Below are positions 49,301 to 58,400 of a DNA stretch of 64,000 nucleotides, in pieces. The stretch is taken from the IMG/VR virus record IMGVR_UViG_3300033066_000709, positions 1 to 64,000 of that record; one strand, given 5' to 3'. Position 1 is the stretch's first letter. Every line of letters begins with the position of its first letter. The stretch comes from a virus. Its lineage: Duplodnaviria; Caudoviricetes. Both the position numbers and the translations under genes were made by a program. Under the pieces are notes generated by a model, which was not told the DNA's origin, searched no databases, and worked only from the letters and a program-made list of their open reading frames with translations.

Positions 49301-49488
49301 GATTTATTAACAGTTTGTACTTCTTTAACTATAAGATCTAATTGGCCAGTGATAGCGGAATAAGTTTTTTTAGAAGTTTCCGCATTTATTTTATGAAAAT
49401 CAAAAAGTTGTTGATAAATCTCATTACCTTCATTTGTAGATTTATCCAACTTTTCTAAAATTTTAAGTATTTCTTTATCTCTTTCCAA
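43306..49488 (-). CDS. Tail tape measure protein
   Basis: 2060 aa, helical and A/G/I/L/S-rich, with a long hydrophobic core; follows gp26/gp51-like genes; TTG start. Confidence 0.85.
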   Translation of the reverse strand: MERDKEILKILEKLDKSTNEGNEIYQQLFDFHKINAETSKKTYSAITGQLDLIVKEVQTVNKSKSQSLLSSISTTLMDVPSLLSDIKKSIDVQTSVFDSLFGKMYSKIDELSKKDVTEPKKDKKEFKKDNKIVSESLLTTISKSLTDVPSLLSAIKKSIDVQTSVLGSIIGSMSGQGDSISSLKGFEKQSSDSSFGKLDNMFKSANKTIDSPSEAKSKNKKTSTIGGFKPEDMKTITHGLKNMGELLKGFVGALKDYAKIQDRVDVESLVNNVVTIVDKISDVLLHKKIPKKDINKTLVLIAKGLVKFIEEISDIKKSKVNKFIKLTEAISGGFGKIVDLLDKITQNPDRYDTSIEVFKSIVKAIKSMQISFILAALIFPFIPFAMVSFWSMFKVANMVGWFGLFGIRKILTNGSETLGNISVSILKMSLTFWLLGRIMRKYDVPGILTTITSSFELFEKISMMDINYKVANKNIETFGEFLSALNSSFVNFSSISAILKKYKPADIKSTIGNMDLILGKSFELFSKFTKIDIKPKVAEKSIDSLHIFFESIPELFLTISSISDYIKKNKIDSKAKSIEIIMTPVMSLIKMMMNFNIPKITDILKLKFAFSSIFKSIDNILIGLNSLDDKKLKLATKQIKVVNSLFDSMFILFDRIVINNPIIMKAKKGADFMANIGKSIFSMALKFTLIAPIAPIALAGIFFISTAIKILKEISKGAAKLMKLSLILVGLGPALVVFSLSLFAASMLLSKIDWISIAAGFGIMFIATKIFDSVGKSSAKIALGSLALIAMSISLLLFSVAMLAYSSIIKMVDIGTVLLGSVAILAYAVVFGLAGKFVTDIALGSLAVIAMGIGLTLFSIGLLVYSAAVKVSDIGTLLMGSVVLLSYGLVFTLIGAGVLSLAGAATAIVMGLGLIAFGIGLTVFSLALKTNDIATLLLGAAVLIAYGIAFAIASIGIIGAPSVILMGIGLLLFAPGLLALSGVMSVSDIGQLLLGAVVIIGMGVAFSIVGLLSPLIILGSISAIMMGVSLPIFTLGLASMSLLPELDIMNILKIGLAMVAFGIGYSIIGLLSPLIILGSVAITGMSISLPLFVASLSSLKMLNDVEWSSIGKLALLMAGLSMGYSAIGLATPFIIGGIFAVTGMALSLKTLTYGLQEALKLDWAKFPIDDIANVLLKLTTAFALVGSDGKTGFSGFLTGIMNAVGIGPNNVKRGVETVLHAGKALTSISQGLLDFNEKMKVLDLTVDQNGLAKSGSFLEKMGRSITAVSEAFGAMGVKYPSSSFFGLWTLDKSAIQKGIESTFESGKALTSVAEGLMQFDEKTRGLFGTDGGKLLLDSISKTIGMISSAFSNIANDSLSLFGITITKSNVQKGIDSVKDIGKTFTEIANGLRMWDDLSKQNIDVEKISKSVTDVINLISKAFGDIGATSDKGFLGTGLFTSTNVEKGISAVNGVGKVFSEIAEGLKSFASLEKMGFKSDSFNPNEKGSIAYNMIEVIKATSNVFGEIGKKGDYIESTDSFGNKKKVWVYDESIKKGIDSVKGVGEILNGIANGLKTFSTIDNMKMPSIKKNITDILSLIATVFGEIGSGKVTMAKAEDIAAGVKAISGVGKELETISKSLQPYMDIQKNKNLNVDVLKKNIKDIVSTTLIMLGSIGLIQNNNENDKTFLTQQFGNNYWAMRKENIKAGAETLKAGMDGMDFIQKAADILKSSTEDSKKINFDNAANYIKNIIKTALSPFGALGLAQTNDKANIEISDSFFGKNSWLLNNYWIEKGVSVLSNIKEAISSIGMLSETLNKKEFNVSDWETKKQVIAEIIKSPIEAIGTIIKQYGYDNIYKWLTGIMPIMKNNINDLLKVVDTNYNGTIGSMTKDLKLFIKDVVTAKIDKKNLDSMDKIVQFFERWSKIDDPFAKFAKTFKQHLGDFKEYVSQINSIDVARMNSFSDLNYKITELVKLDPTLVATNTESIKDLISKATESSKTSSPATNTTNIQQIASDNKELVDSIRELMTMIKEQNIRNENKKPDNSLNDGVSGLRQDIQNLGNILTGGKAQFRIKDGGRK

Positions 49489-49525
49489 TTGTATTTAGAT
49501 ATTTTTTTTATATATTATAAAATAA

Positions 49526-49557
49526 AAAAGCTCCATCAAATATATGATAGAGCTTTT
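49526..49557 (-). terminator. Intrinsic terminator
   Basis: aaaagctc.atca...tgat.gagctttt. Confidence 0.65.
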
Positions 49558-49560
49558 GTT

Positions 49561-49998
49561 TTATAATTTGGGCATTTTTATATTACCCATAGAAGGTGGT
49601 TTCATAGATGAAGGATTTATACCATGTTTTTTCATCATTGAACTTGATTCTTGCATCATAGTTTTTTGATTATATTTAGTATTAGTTTCATCATTTTGTT
49701 TATCATTTTCCTCTTTTTCTCTTTCTAACCATTTCTTTAAATTCTCAAGTGTATATTCAAGCTCATAATATGGAAAATTCTCTATTTCACTAGGTTGAAT
49801 TCTTAATTTTTGATAAATGATATGTTTTATCTCTAAAAGATTTAAAATATCAACTTGAAAAGTACCAAATGCTAAATTACAGAAATTTTCTACATGATCA
49901 ATATTTTCATTTTTTAAAAATCTATCTAAAAACATGATATAACTATCAGACCAATTCATCGAAGATGTCAGTATAGAGAAATAGTCCTTTGATTCCAC
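49561..49998 (-). CDS. gp51-like hub/tail assembly chaperone (start uncertain)
   Basis: IQPSEIENFPYYELEY..ENL resembles the gp51/chaperone C-terminal motif; overlaps the gp26-like gene in the +1 frame. Confidence 0.65.
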   Translation of the reverse strand: MESKDYFSILTSSMNWSDSYIMFLDRFLKNENIDHVENFCNLAFGTFQVDILNLLEIKHIIYQKLRIQPSEIENFPYYELEYTLENLKKWLEREKEENDKQNDETNTKYNQKTMMQESSSMMKKHGINPSSMKPPSMGNIKMPKL

Positions 49999-50944
49999 CT
50001 TGAAAGTTTATGGGTGAGGCAACCTCTGTGCCACAAGAAGTACAAGTATGTAATATATTAGGATTAATTGATTCTTGTAACAAATCAATAATACCAACAA
50101 CTATACTCATTTTCTTAACTGACCATTGGAATGAATCATCATTAACCAATTTATATTGTCGCTCACTCATAGCTCTCCAATTTGGAAATAAAAATGGAGC
50201 TATTTTTAAAAATGCTGTATCAAAATATTCATTTTTTTGTCTTTTAGTTCTAACTAAATTCTTAATCCAATTAGTAACACCCAATGTAGGTACAAATAAT
50301 TCTATACGTTCACCACCTTTAGTGTTTAAAATAAAACTTTTTTCATCACTAGAATAAAATCTTTGTATTTTTTCATCCATTTTGAAAATATTAAAATTGT
50401 TTTTTCCAATTTCAATTAAATCAGAATGACCACATTGATTACAATTTATAGTCATTTGTAATTTGTTTTCACCATCTTTAAATGTATATTCTCTAATAGC
50501 AAAAATTAAAGAAAAACGATCTATTTCCAAAATATCCTTGAATGATAAAATACCAGTTGGAGTATTTATTCTTGTACATTTTTCCAAAATAAAATTTAAC
50601 TTGTCGTCAATATCTATAACATCTTGTTCTTCTATAGTGGAAAAATGTCTAATCTCTTGAACACTTGCAGCACGTATCAATATTTGAGTACCTTCAACAT
50701 AAAATTTACCTTCGCTAGGTAAATTTTCCACTGGTATATTCTTCCAACCAATATCACCAGCCATATTCCTCGTTTCTTCACGACGTTCAATTTTACTCTG
50801 AACCATTTGTGATTTGCCGAGAGATTTTAAAACTTCTTCTTCATCAACAACATTTGATTCTTGTCCATTAGCTCTATTTTGAGCATTTATAGCTTCCGTT
50901 TTTTTCTGTAGCAGTTGTTTAGCTAATTCTTCATCTATAGGCAT
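49946..50944 (-). CDS. gp26-like baseplate hub assembly/tail chaperone
   Basis: LPSEGKFY, IRAASVQE, DRFSLIFAIR, two CxxC motifs, PTLG. Confidence 0.75.
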   Translation of the reverse strand: MPIDEELAKQLLQKKTEAINAQNRANGQESNVVDEEEVLKSLGKSQMVQSKIERREETRNMAGDIGWKNIPVENLPSEGKFYVEGTQILIRAASVQEIRHFSTIEEQDVIDIDDKLNFILEKCTRINTPTGILSFKDILEIDRFSLIFAIREYTFKDGENKLQMTINCNQCGHSDLIEIGKNNFNIFKMDEKIQRFYSSDEKSFILNTKGGERIELFVPTLGVTNWIKNLVRTKRQKNEYFDTAFLKIAPFLFPNWRAMSERQYKLVNDDSFQWSVKKMSIVVGIIDLLQESINPNILHTCTSCGTEVASPINFQGGIKGLFLYTDIFDELV

Positions 50945-51012
50945 AAATATTTCCTTAAATTATAATTATATAAAAAATTCATAACTTATATATTATAATT
51001 TTAAAAAGTGTA

Positions 51013-51534
51013 TTATTTTAATATTTCATCTATTGATTTATAATAAAAATTATATTTTTGTTTTTTATCATTAGTAATACTTTCATTTATTTCATCTTCA
51101 ATTTGTTTTTTGTTTTTTAAAAAACTGTTATCATCTATATTTTCATTAATAGACTTATTTGAATTTTTAAATGAAAAATTAATCTTTGGTTTATCAGGCT
51201 CTTCGTTTTTTACATTTTCTTTAAAACTTTCATTATTGAATTTTACATTAACCGCATTTTTTATAGATACAATACCTTCAAAAACTTTAAAATATGAAGA
51301 ATCTGCAATTACTTCAATTATTAAATTCGCAGAATCGTATTCTACATCCTTCAATGCTGGTATGTTAACGGTACATTCCCCATTACTTTTAATGGAGCAT
51401 TTAAAATATTTATTATTACCATTTTCCATTTCTAAACATAAACGAGCCTTTGTATCATTTATATTTACACCTTCTACCTGTACATCGAAAGTTAATTGCT
51501 CCTTTTTATCTCTATAAAAAATTAAACTACTCAT
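51013..51534 (-). CDS. Hypothetical protein (beta-sandwich N-terminus)
   Basis: 173-aa ORF. Confidence 0.65.
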   Translation of the reverse strand: MSSLIFYRDKKEQLTFDVQVEGVNINDTKARLCLEMENGNNKYFKCSIKSNGECTVNIPALKDVEYDSANLIIEVIADSSYFKVFEGIVSIKNAVNVKFNNESFKENVKNEEPDKPKINFSFKNSNKSINENIDDNSFLKNKKQIEDEINESITNDKKQKYNFYYKSIDEILK

Positions 51535-51825
51535 TTATCTCATTTTTATTTTTATTATAGGCCTACTATCTATTATTTCAACATCTATATTTTTAATACC
51601 AACTCTTATATTTTTATCAACTAATTTATAATCCTGATATACTTTATTATTATAAATAAATCTTACTTTGATTATTTTTTTATTACGCTCATATCTTTCT
51701 GTAGGAAAGAAATCACCAGCTCTTTTTTTCTTAATTGGAATTTCTGTAACTTCCAATACAACAAAACCCTTAGTTGCTGTAGTGCCACCTAATATACCTT
51801 TTGTTGCTAAATTTTCTGCATACAT
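51535..51825 (-). CDS. Hypothetical protein
   Basis: 96-aa ORF coupled to its neighbours. Confidence 0.65.
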   Translation of the reverse strand: MYAENLATKGILGGTTATKGFVVLEVTEIPIKKKRAGDFFPTERYERNKKIIKVRFIYNNKVYQDYKLVDKNIRVGIKNIDVEIIDSRPIIKIKMR

Positions 51826-52619
51826 TATAACAATGTTACCTTATAATCAACCAAATTATTATCATCATATAATGATGTTACAATATACTCGGCTAATGGA
51901 TTTATATTTTGGTCACAATCATCTGCATCATCATATATTCTTATATTACCAGAAACTAGTCTACCCAAAGAATCGTATTGTTGGTTCATAAATCTAAAAT
52001 TGTGTTGAACCATACCACGAATAATATTTAATGTTGGTGATAAATTATCATATATTGATTGAGTTATGCTGTTGATATCATCCTCACTAATAGCTGTTTC
52101 TATACTATTTATACTATTTAAAATATTAGTAAAGTCTCCAGCTAATTCTGTTTGTACTGCATTTGGTATTGCTAGAAAATCTGTACCTAATGCATTTTTA
52201 ACACCAGTTGCTATATCTATTTTATCTTGTGATGTAACAGCAGAGCCTGTAGATACAGTTACTAAGTTTACAATATTAGATGTTACTAAATTTACTAATA
52301 CATTATATGATCCTATAGTTTGTACCAAAGGACTTCCGCCACCATCAACATAAAGATTACCGTTAATAGTCAATGCATGATTTCCTTCATATGGTCTTAA
52401 TTTCCAACCATTTGTTAAAAAATATGTACCATCAACTGTAATACCACCACCAATTTCATCACCACCTATAACTCTAAATGCTGGCAAATATTTAGAATTG
52501 TCGCTCAATAATAGCCAATTTTTCCATTCAGAATATAAATCAGTTTTAACATCTATAGAAGTTATACCTGTATTTACTATTATTAGTTTTGTTATTCCAT
52601 CAAAAGAAACTTTAGGCAT
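51825..52619 (-). CDS. Putative virion structural protein
   Basis: FDGITKLIIV...DLYSEWKNW...FLTNGW; in the fibre operon. Confidence 0.55.
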   Translation of the reverse strand: MPKVSFDGITKLIIVNTGITSIDVKTDLYSEWKNWLLLSDNSKYLPAFRVIGGDEIGGGITVDGTYFLTNGWKLRPYEGNHALTINGNLYVDGGGSPLVQTIGSYNVLVNLVTSNIVNLVTVSTGSAVTSQDKIDIATGVKNALGTDFLAIPNAVQTELAGDFTNILNSINSIETAISEDDINSITQSIYDNLSPTLNIIRGMVQHNFRFMNQQYDSLGRLVSGNIRIYDDADDCDQNINPLAEYIVTSLYDDNNLVDYKVTLL

Positions 52620-52622
52620 ATT

Positions 52623-52931
52623 TTAAATAGTTTGTTTAGTAAATGCTGGAGGATCACATTTGTTTAAAAATTTATCTATTTTTCCATCCCATTCAAATGA
52701 TGTTATAACCTTTAGTGGGTCTATAGATGAAACATCCCATTCGAATGTAAAATTTTCCCAATCCATATTCGGAGAAAATTGAGATTCTATAATTTGTTTT
52801 AAATCAATATAATCTTTATATTCCTCATACTCTGATAAATCTATACCATCTCTTATTCTAAAAAGATGATATCGTATATCTCTTCTTAAAATACTTTTAT
52901 TTAATATTTTTTCTTTTAAAGTTTCTATCAT
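52623..52931 (-). CDS. Hypothetical protein
   Basis: 102-aa ORF. Confidence 0.65.
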   Translation of the reverse strand: MIETLKEKILNKSILRRDIRYHLFRIRDGIDLSEYEEYKDYIDLKQIIESQFSPNMDWENFTFEWDVSSIDPLKVITSFEWDGKIDKFLNKCDPPAFTKQTI

Positions 52932-52945
52932 TTTATTATACGAGT

Positions 52946-55348
52946 TTATGCATTAGAATAATTTCTTTCCAGAGACGAAACAACCGATATACTATTACTT
53001 GTTGTTTTTGTAATAGTACTCGAAGCCAATACAAATTGTGCAGTATTTAAACCTATTGCAACAAGTGTTACAGCTGCATTAGTGCCAGCAGTTCTACCAC
53101 CATCAGTATTACCATCATAATCAAATGTAAATGATATGGAAGGTTGACCTGATATTGTACCGGTTATATCTGCCCCAAGAGAGTCTTTAACTAATACAGC
53201 AGTTGAAGTACCATAATTACCAGTTGGGTTAGTTGTATAGAATAACCAATATTTTGCACTTGCATCATTTACAAGATTATCGTTAAATGAAATAGTACCA
53301 GCTGCGACAAAAGGATTAGTTCTATTAACTCCTGTTGAATCTTTATATGTAATACTATTAATATCTGTGCTTGATAAATTATCAACATATAAATCTAAAG
53401 ATGTACCAGTAGGAGCAGCATAAGACATTAAAAGATCAGTTACATCACCTCTATGTGTACTTGCACCCCAATCAATATCACTAGTTTGTCGTAATTGATG
53501 TTGTATAAATTGGTAAATATTTGAAAGTAATGTATTATTACCAGAAACTTTCCAATCAAATGAATAATTTACACCACCAATAGATCTTTTAAATGCATCA
53601 TATGCTGTATAAGTAGCAGAAACAGGACCTTCGTTAACTAATGTATCAGTAGATACACATGTAATTTGAGTTGCGGAATCTCTTGTTAAAACTGTGAATG
53701 ATTTATTATTAGAAGATGTACCAGTTACAACTATAACAGTACCGGCAGTTACACCATCTGTTATCCATGAACCAGCAGATCTAGTTATTGTTTTTCCGGT
53801 TGCTGCAAATGTTAAATTTCCAGGAGTCGTAATTGCAACGTTATCATGTTTATACTGTAAATACATACCAGCTTGTACAACTCTAAAATTAATATTACTA
53901 GCAGAACCAAATGTTTTATCAGTAGTATCTACTGTAAGTACAGTATTTGAATCTTTAGAAATAACTCTATATAAACCTCTATATTCAGAGGCAGCTTCTG
54001 TTATGATTAAAATATCACCAGCAACAACACCATCGGTTGTAAAATTACTACCTGCTGATGTTATAGTTCCAGTAGTTCCTGTTACATTAGCTATAGCACC
54101 ATCAGTTCTATCTGATGCAACACCAGCAGACTTTGCAGCAGATCTGATAGTTGTATAAACTTCAAAAGTTTGAGAAGTTAATGTTGTGAATGGACCTTGT
54201 TCAGTAGTATCAACAGTTAAAACAGTTTCAGATGTAACATCTGTTATTGTAAAATATTTACCAGCAAATGCACCAGTTGTTATCTTTAAAGTATCACCTG
54301 CAACAACTTTAGAAGTTTGAAAAGTAGCACCAGCAGATGTTAGTGTACCTGTAATTGTATCTACATCCGCTTGAGCACCATCAGTTCTAGTAACTAAAAG
54401 AGTTTGATTTCTAAAAGGTGCCGAACCTAAAATTTCTGCATCTGAAGCTGAAATTGCAGTATCAATTGAGTGTGCAAGAGGAAAACGATTAACAATTGTT
54501 TGAATAGAACTAACACCAATATCTCCAATTGTTGCTTGAGAATATGTTCTTGCTTTTTTACGTGCAAATAATTTTAAATAAGTTTTATAGCTAGTTGAAC
54601 CATCATTAATAGTTATAGATTCATTAACAGGACCTAAAAATGCAAAGTTTGTTGGAGCAGTATTAGTATCTGTTTGTTGATAATATATTTGAGCATCACT
54701 ATCTAATGAACCAAGTGTAACAATACCAGTCCATTCATTTCTAACCGAGCCGGCTGTATTTTTTGAAGCAAATCCACCAGTTCGCACCTTCTTTCTTGTA
54801 TAATTATTAAATAATTCCCAATCAGCATGTGATGTACCACCTCCAACTTCAAACTGTTCAGATGTAATAGCTTCTATGGGAAATGGATACCTAATTAAAT
54901 CATCACCACCAACATTAGTTGTATCATTTCTCCATTGCTCTTTTGCATAAGAATAAAGACATTGCATGGTAACACCATCTGCTATAGAACCACCTGTAGC
55001 AGCTCTAACTTCATAAGTTATACCAGTTGCTCCAGCAAAATTTGCCTGATAACCGTCAAAGGAACTACTAGCCAATGTAAGCTGAGTTGCAGAATCTCTA
55101 GATGCTACTACAAAGTGTCCAGCATCACCTTTATTTTTTAAAACTAATATATCACCAGTAGTTATAGATTTTGTAACAAAATCACCTAATGCAGAAGTAA
55201 ATGTTTTTGTACCTACTGTAGTTACACCATCTGTATTTGATGCCGTATTTTTAATAGAGCCTACAGGATATAAAGATATTCTAGAATTAGTTGTACCAAA
55301 TATAACTTGATTTCTATCTAAATTATCCGGATCAATTATAACTGCCAT
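52946..55348 (-). CDS. Virion fibre/decoration protein with four ~70-aa beta repeats
   Basis: T/S-rich; TxTSAxxxFxxxxxxxGDxL repeats. Confidence 0.65.
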   Translation of the reverse strand: MAVIIDPDNLDRNQVIFGTTNSRISLYPVGSIKNTASNTDGVTTVGTKTFTSALGDFVTKSITTGDILVLKNKGDAGHFVVASRDSATQLTLASSSFDGYQANFAGATGITYEVRAATGGSIADGVTMQCLYSYAKEQWRNDTTNVGGDDLIRYPFPIEAITSEQFEVGGGTSHADWELFNNYTRKKVRTGGFASKNTAGSVRNEWTGIVTLGSLDSDAQIYYQQTDTNTAPTNFAFLGPVNESITINDGSTSYKTYLKLFARKKARTYSQATIGDIGVSSIQTIVNRFPLAHSIDTAISASDAEILGSAPFRNQTLLVTRTDGAQADVDTITGTLTSAGATFQTSKVVAGDTLKITTGAFAGKYFTITDVTSETVLTVDTTEQGPFTTLTSQTFEVYTTIRSAAKSAGVASDRTDGAIANVTGTTGTITSAGSNFTTDGVVAGDILIITEAASEYRGLYRVISKDSNTVLTVDTTDKTFGSASNINFRVVQAGMYLQYKHDNVAITTPGNLTFAATGKTITRSAGSWITDGVTAGTVIVVTGTSSNNKSFTVLTRDSATQITCVSTDTLVNEGPVSATYTAYDAFKRSIGGVNYSFDWKVSGNNTLLSNIYQFIQHQLRQTSDIDWGASTHRGDVTDLLMSYAAPTGTSLDLYVDNLSSTDINSITYKDSTGVNRTNPFVAAGTISFNDNLVNDASAKYWLFYTTNPTGNYGTSTAVLVKDSLGADITGTISGQPSISFTFDYDGNTDGGRTAGTNAAVTLVAIGLNTAQFVLASSTITKTTSNSISVVSSLERNYSNA

Positions 55349-55408
55349 CTTTTATTTATTTTTATTTTTATAATTATTTTATATATTCTTTTTAAAAATA
55401 TTATAATA

Positions 55409-58400
55409 TTAAGGATTAGAATAAACTCTATCAAATCTTTGTTGAATAGGAATAGATGAACTAGTTGGTGATAAATTTAAATTATCAATTCTTAAATATT
55501 CATAATTACTGTGCATAATAACTATATCAACATATAATTCTGGTGAATAAGTATAAGAAAAATCAAAAGTTGTACCTGAACTTTCTATACCACTTAATTC
55601 TGTAGTTGTACCATGAGTAAAAACTCTCACTTCACTATCTAATTGTAAACCTGTTAGAGTCAAAGTTGTCTGTTCTGGTGGATAAATTGCAGTTCTATCA
55701 ACATTAGTATAAATATAAAGTCCATCTATATAAGAAGTATAAGAAGGAAATAAACCAAATGTTGTATTAGTAGCAACATTAGTAGCTCTAATTTCTCCAT
55801 CTGAATCTCTAACTATGATTTCACCCGGCACAAATGTTCCGACTACATTTGATACTTGAATTGTTCCTTGAGTTGGAAAATAAACATCTTTAACTACTGT
55901 AGCAGTTGCGAATGAAGATAAACCTCTAATAGTTTCACCAGGTACAAAATTCTTGATACAAGTAATATATTTCATACCAGCAGATGCAATTATCTTTAAT
56001 TTCAAATAAAATCCTTCAGTTGCACTAACTGTAAGTGCTGATAAACTTGCAGGTGTTGCTTCTAACCAGCTTACAGAATATCCACTGCCTGTATCAATTT
56101 TATAAAAAATTTGTAATCCTTCTAATAAAGTTATTGTATTTCCAAGATCTAATCCGTTAAATAAAAAGTCAACATTTCTAAAACCAGAAACTCCTAAAAT
56201 TTTATGTGGCCAAGTATATTCGATACCATCCCCAGGATTTGGTAAATACAATCTACCTGTATTAGAAAAATTTGCAGTACCTATTAGAGTATAAGGTTTA
56301 GAAGCTTTACTAGATGCATTAAAAGTTATATTTAATGCACCTTTATTAGGTGTAAAATATAATTCATTAAAAATTGTATCATATTCAGTAACATAATTTG
56401 TAGTAGCTATAGCTGTTGTTACCGAATCAAAATTTACAGTAGCAGAAGGTAAACTTTGCATAGCATTATTTGGTCTTACTGGCATTGAATATAGCTGCTC
56501 ATTATTTAATATAGTTACATTACCACCAGAAACACCTTTAAAGATATAATTCAAACCTTGATTCATAATAGGAATATCAGAATTATTCATGATTAAATTT
56601 TCTACTCTTACGCCTGAAATGTCATTAATAGAAGTTATTAGTCTTACATTCAAAAGAGTAGAAGCATAATTTCTCCAATTTTTTATATTCCAATTATATA
56701 AATATGTATCATTAGATTGAGTATTAAAGTTAGCTATACCAAGTAAATAATTACCACTTACATTATAAGTAACATTCTTAATTTTATTTCTAGAAGATGC
56801 AGCAGCAAAATATGCAAAATATTGTCCAGTAGGAGAACCAATACCAACTTGTGTCAGTCCATCTATAACATTATCAGCAGATTCATTATTAAATATAATT
56901 ACAGGTGTAGTTGAAGTTGCAGCACCCCAAGTATCAAATATTTTATTTTTAAAACTTGGAGTAAAATCATTAGTAGTCCCACAATATACTTCAGTCCATA
57001 ATTCACCAGTATTTGCAGCAGCTAATTGTAACTCAATACCAGAATGTGATTCTGGTTCTGCATAACCACGACACCAAGCTCTTACTAAGTTTATATCTCT
57101 TACTTTATTTGCATTTGATGTTTGGTTAGTTGTTGTTAATAAATAAGGCATTGTAGATGAACCTTTATTCACCATTGCACCTATAGCACATATAGCTCTT
57201 CTATTATCTGTTATAGTTATAACAGCATTAGTTGTAGTTGCAATCGCAGTAAATGTTGTAGATATTTTTTGCCATTGTGAAGTTGCAGTAAATGCTTGAG
57301 ATGCACTACCTAATGAAATAGAACCGCCAATTTCTAAAGTATCATTAAAATAATTTGTAATAGTAAGAATAGAAGTTGCAGCTGTTTCTGTAATTACAGG
57401 TTCAGTTAAAGTTAAAACTGTTGCTGTAACATTACTTATTGTAAACCAACCAATATTATAAATAGAACCAGCTGGAGGTGTTCCAGAACCACTTACTAAA
57501 ATTCTATCACCTATTTGATAACCATCTGTAATAAATGAGCCTGGTGAAGCTCCGGCAGCTGTAATAGTATATGTTGTACTAACTTGGTCGAATTTTAAAG
57601 TTCTCGATGCAGTTGCAGTTAATGATGCTAATTTTAAAACAGTAGGTTGTGTACAAACCCATAAAGAAAATGTATAAGTATCACCTACAGCTGTAGGTAT
57701 ACTTTGTGTTAATGTTCCACCAGCAGCAGTACTAGTAAGAATTACAGCCTCTGCGGTTTGTGTTGAAGTTATATTAAGTAGTGGGCTTACTCTAGTAGCA
57801 GCACCAACTGTTATACCAGAAGCAGTCCAACTTGTTGTCATAGAAGAACCTTGAAGAGCAAGATTATGTTGTACTTCTTGAAAAGTTGATTTTACATATA
57901 TTTCTTCAGAATCATTATATACTCCAGTATCATCATATTTTCTCATTACATAATAATAATCAGTATCATTTTCTATATTAGGTGCAGAAATTGTTACACT
58001 TTCGGTAGAATATGCAACTGTACCTGCTACAATACTAAATTGTTCGTTTACTGTCATAACTGTTGCAGTTAAAACAGCAATGGTATAATATCCATCATTT
58101 AATCCGGAAGTAGTATTTTGAACTCTTATACAATCACCAACATAATATCCATCATTTATAAAAGAGCCAGCACTTGCGCCTGATAAAGTAATTGTATTTC
58201 CAACAGGATTAAATGTCATAACTCTAGCTGCTGCTGATGTTAAAGTTACTTTTTGTGTAGTATGATAACCATATACTGTAGATGTTTGTCCAGCAGTTGC
58301 ATTATAAGTTGTTGTATCTACAATTACATTCTCACTAACAGTTATAGTATTAGCTGTTGGCATTGTTGCAATTGTAAATAATCCATTATTATATTTTTGT

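Noticed and set aside
52935-52965. Additional ECF-type promoter (CGTATAAT)
   Set aside because: No TTTAAACA at the required spacing, and it is only a few nt from the ATG.
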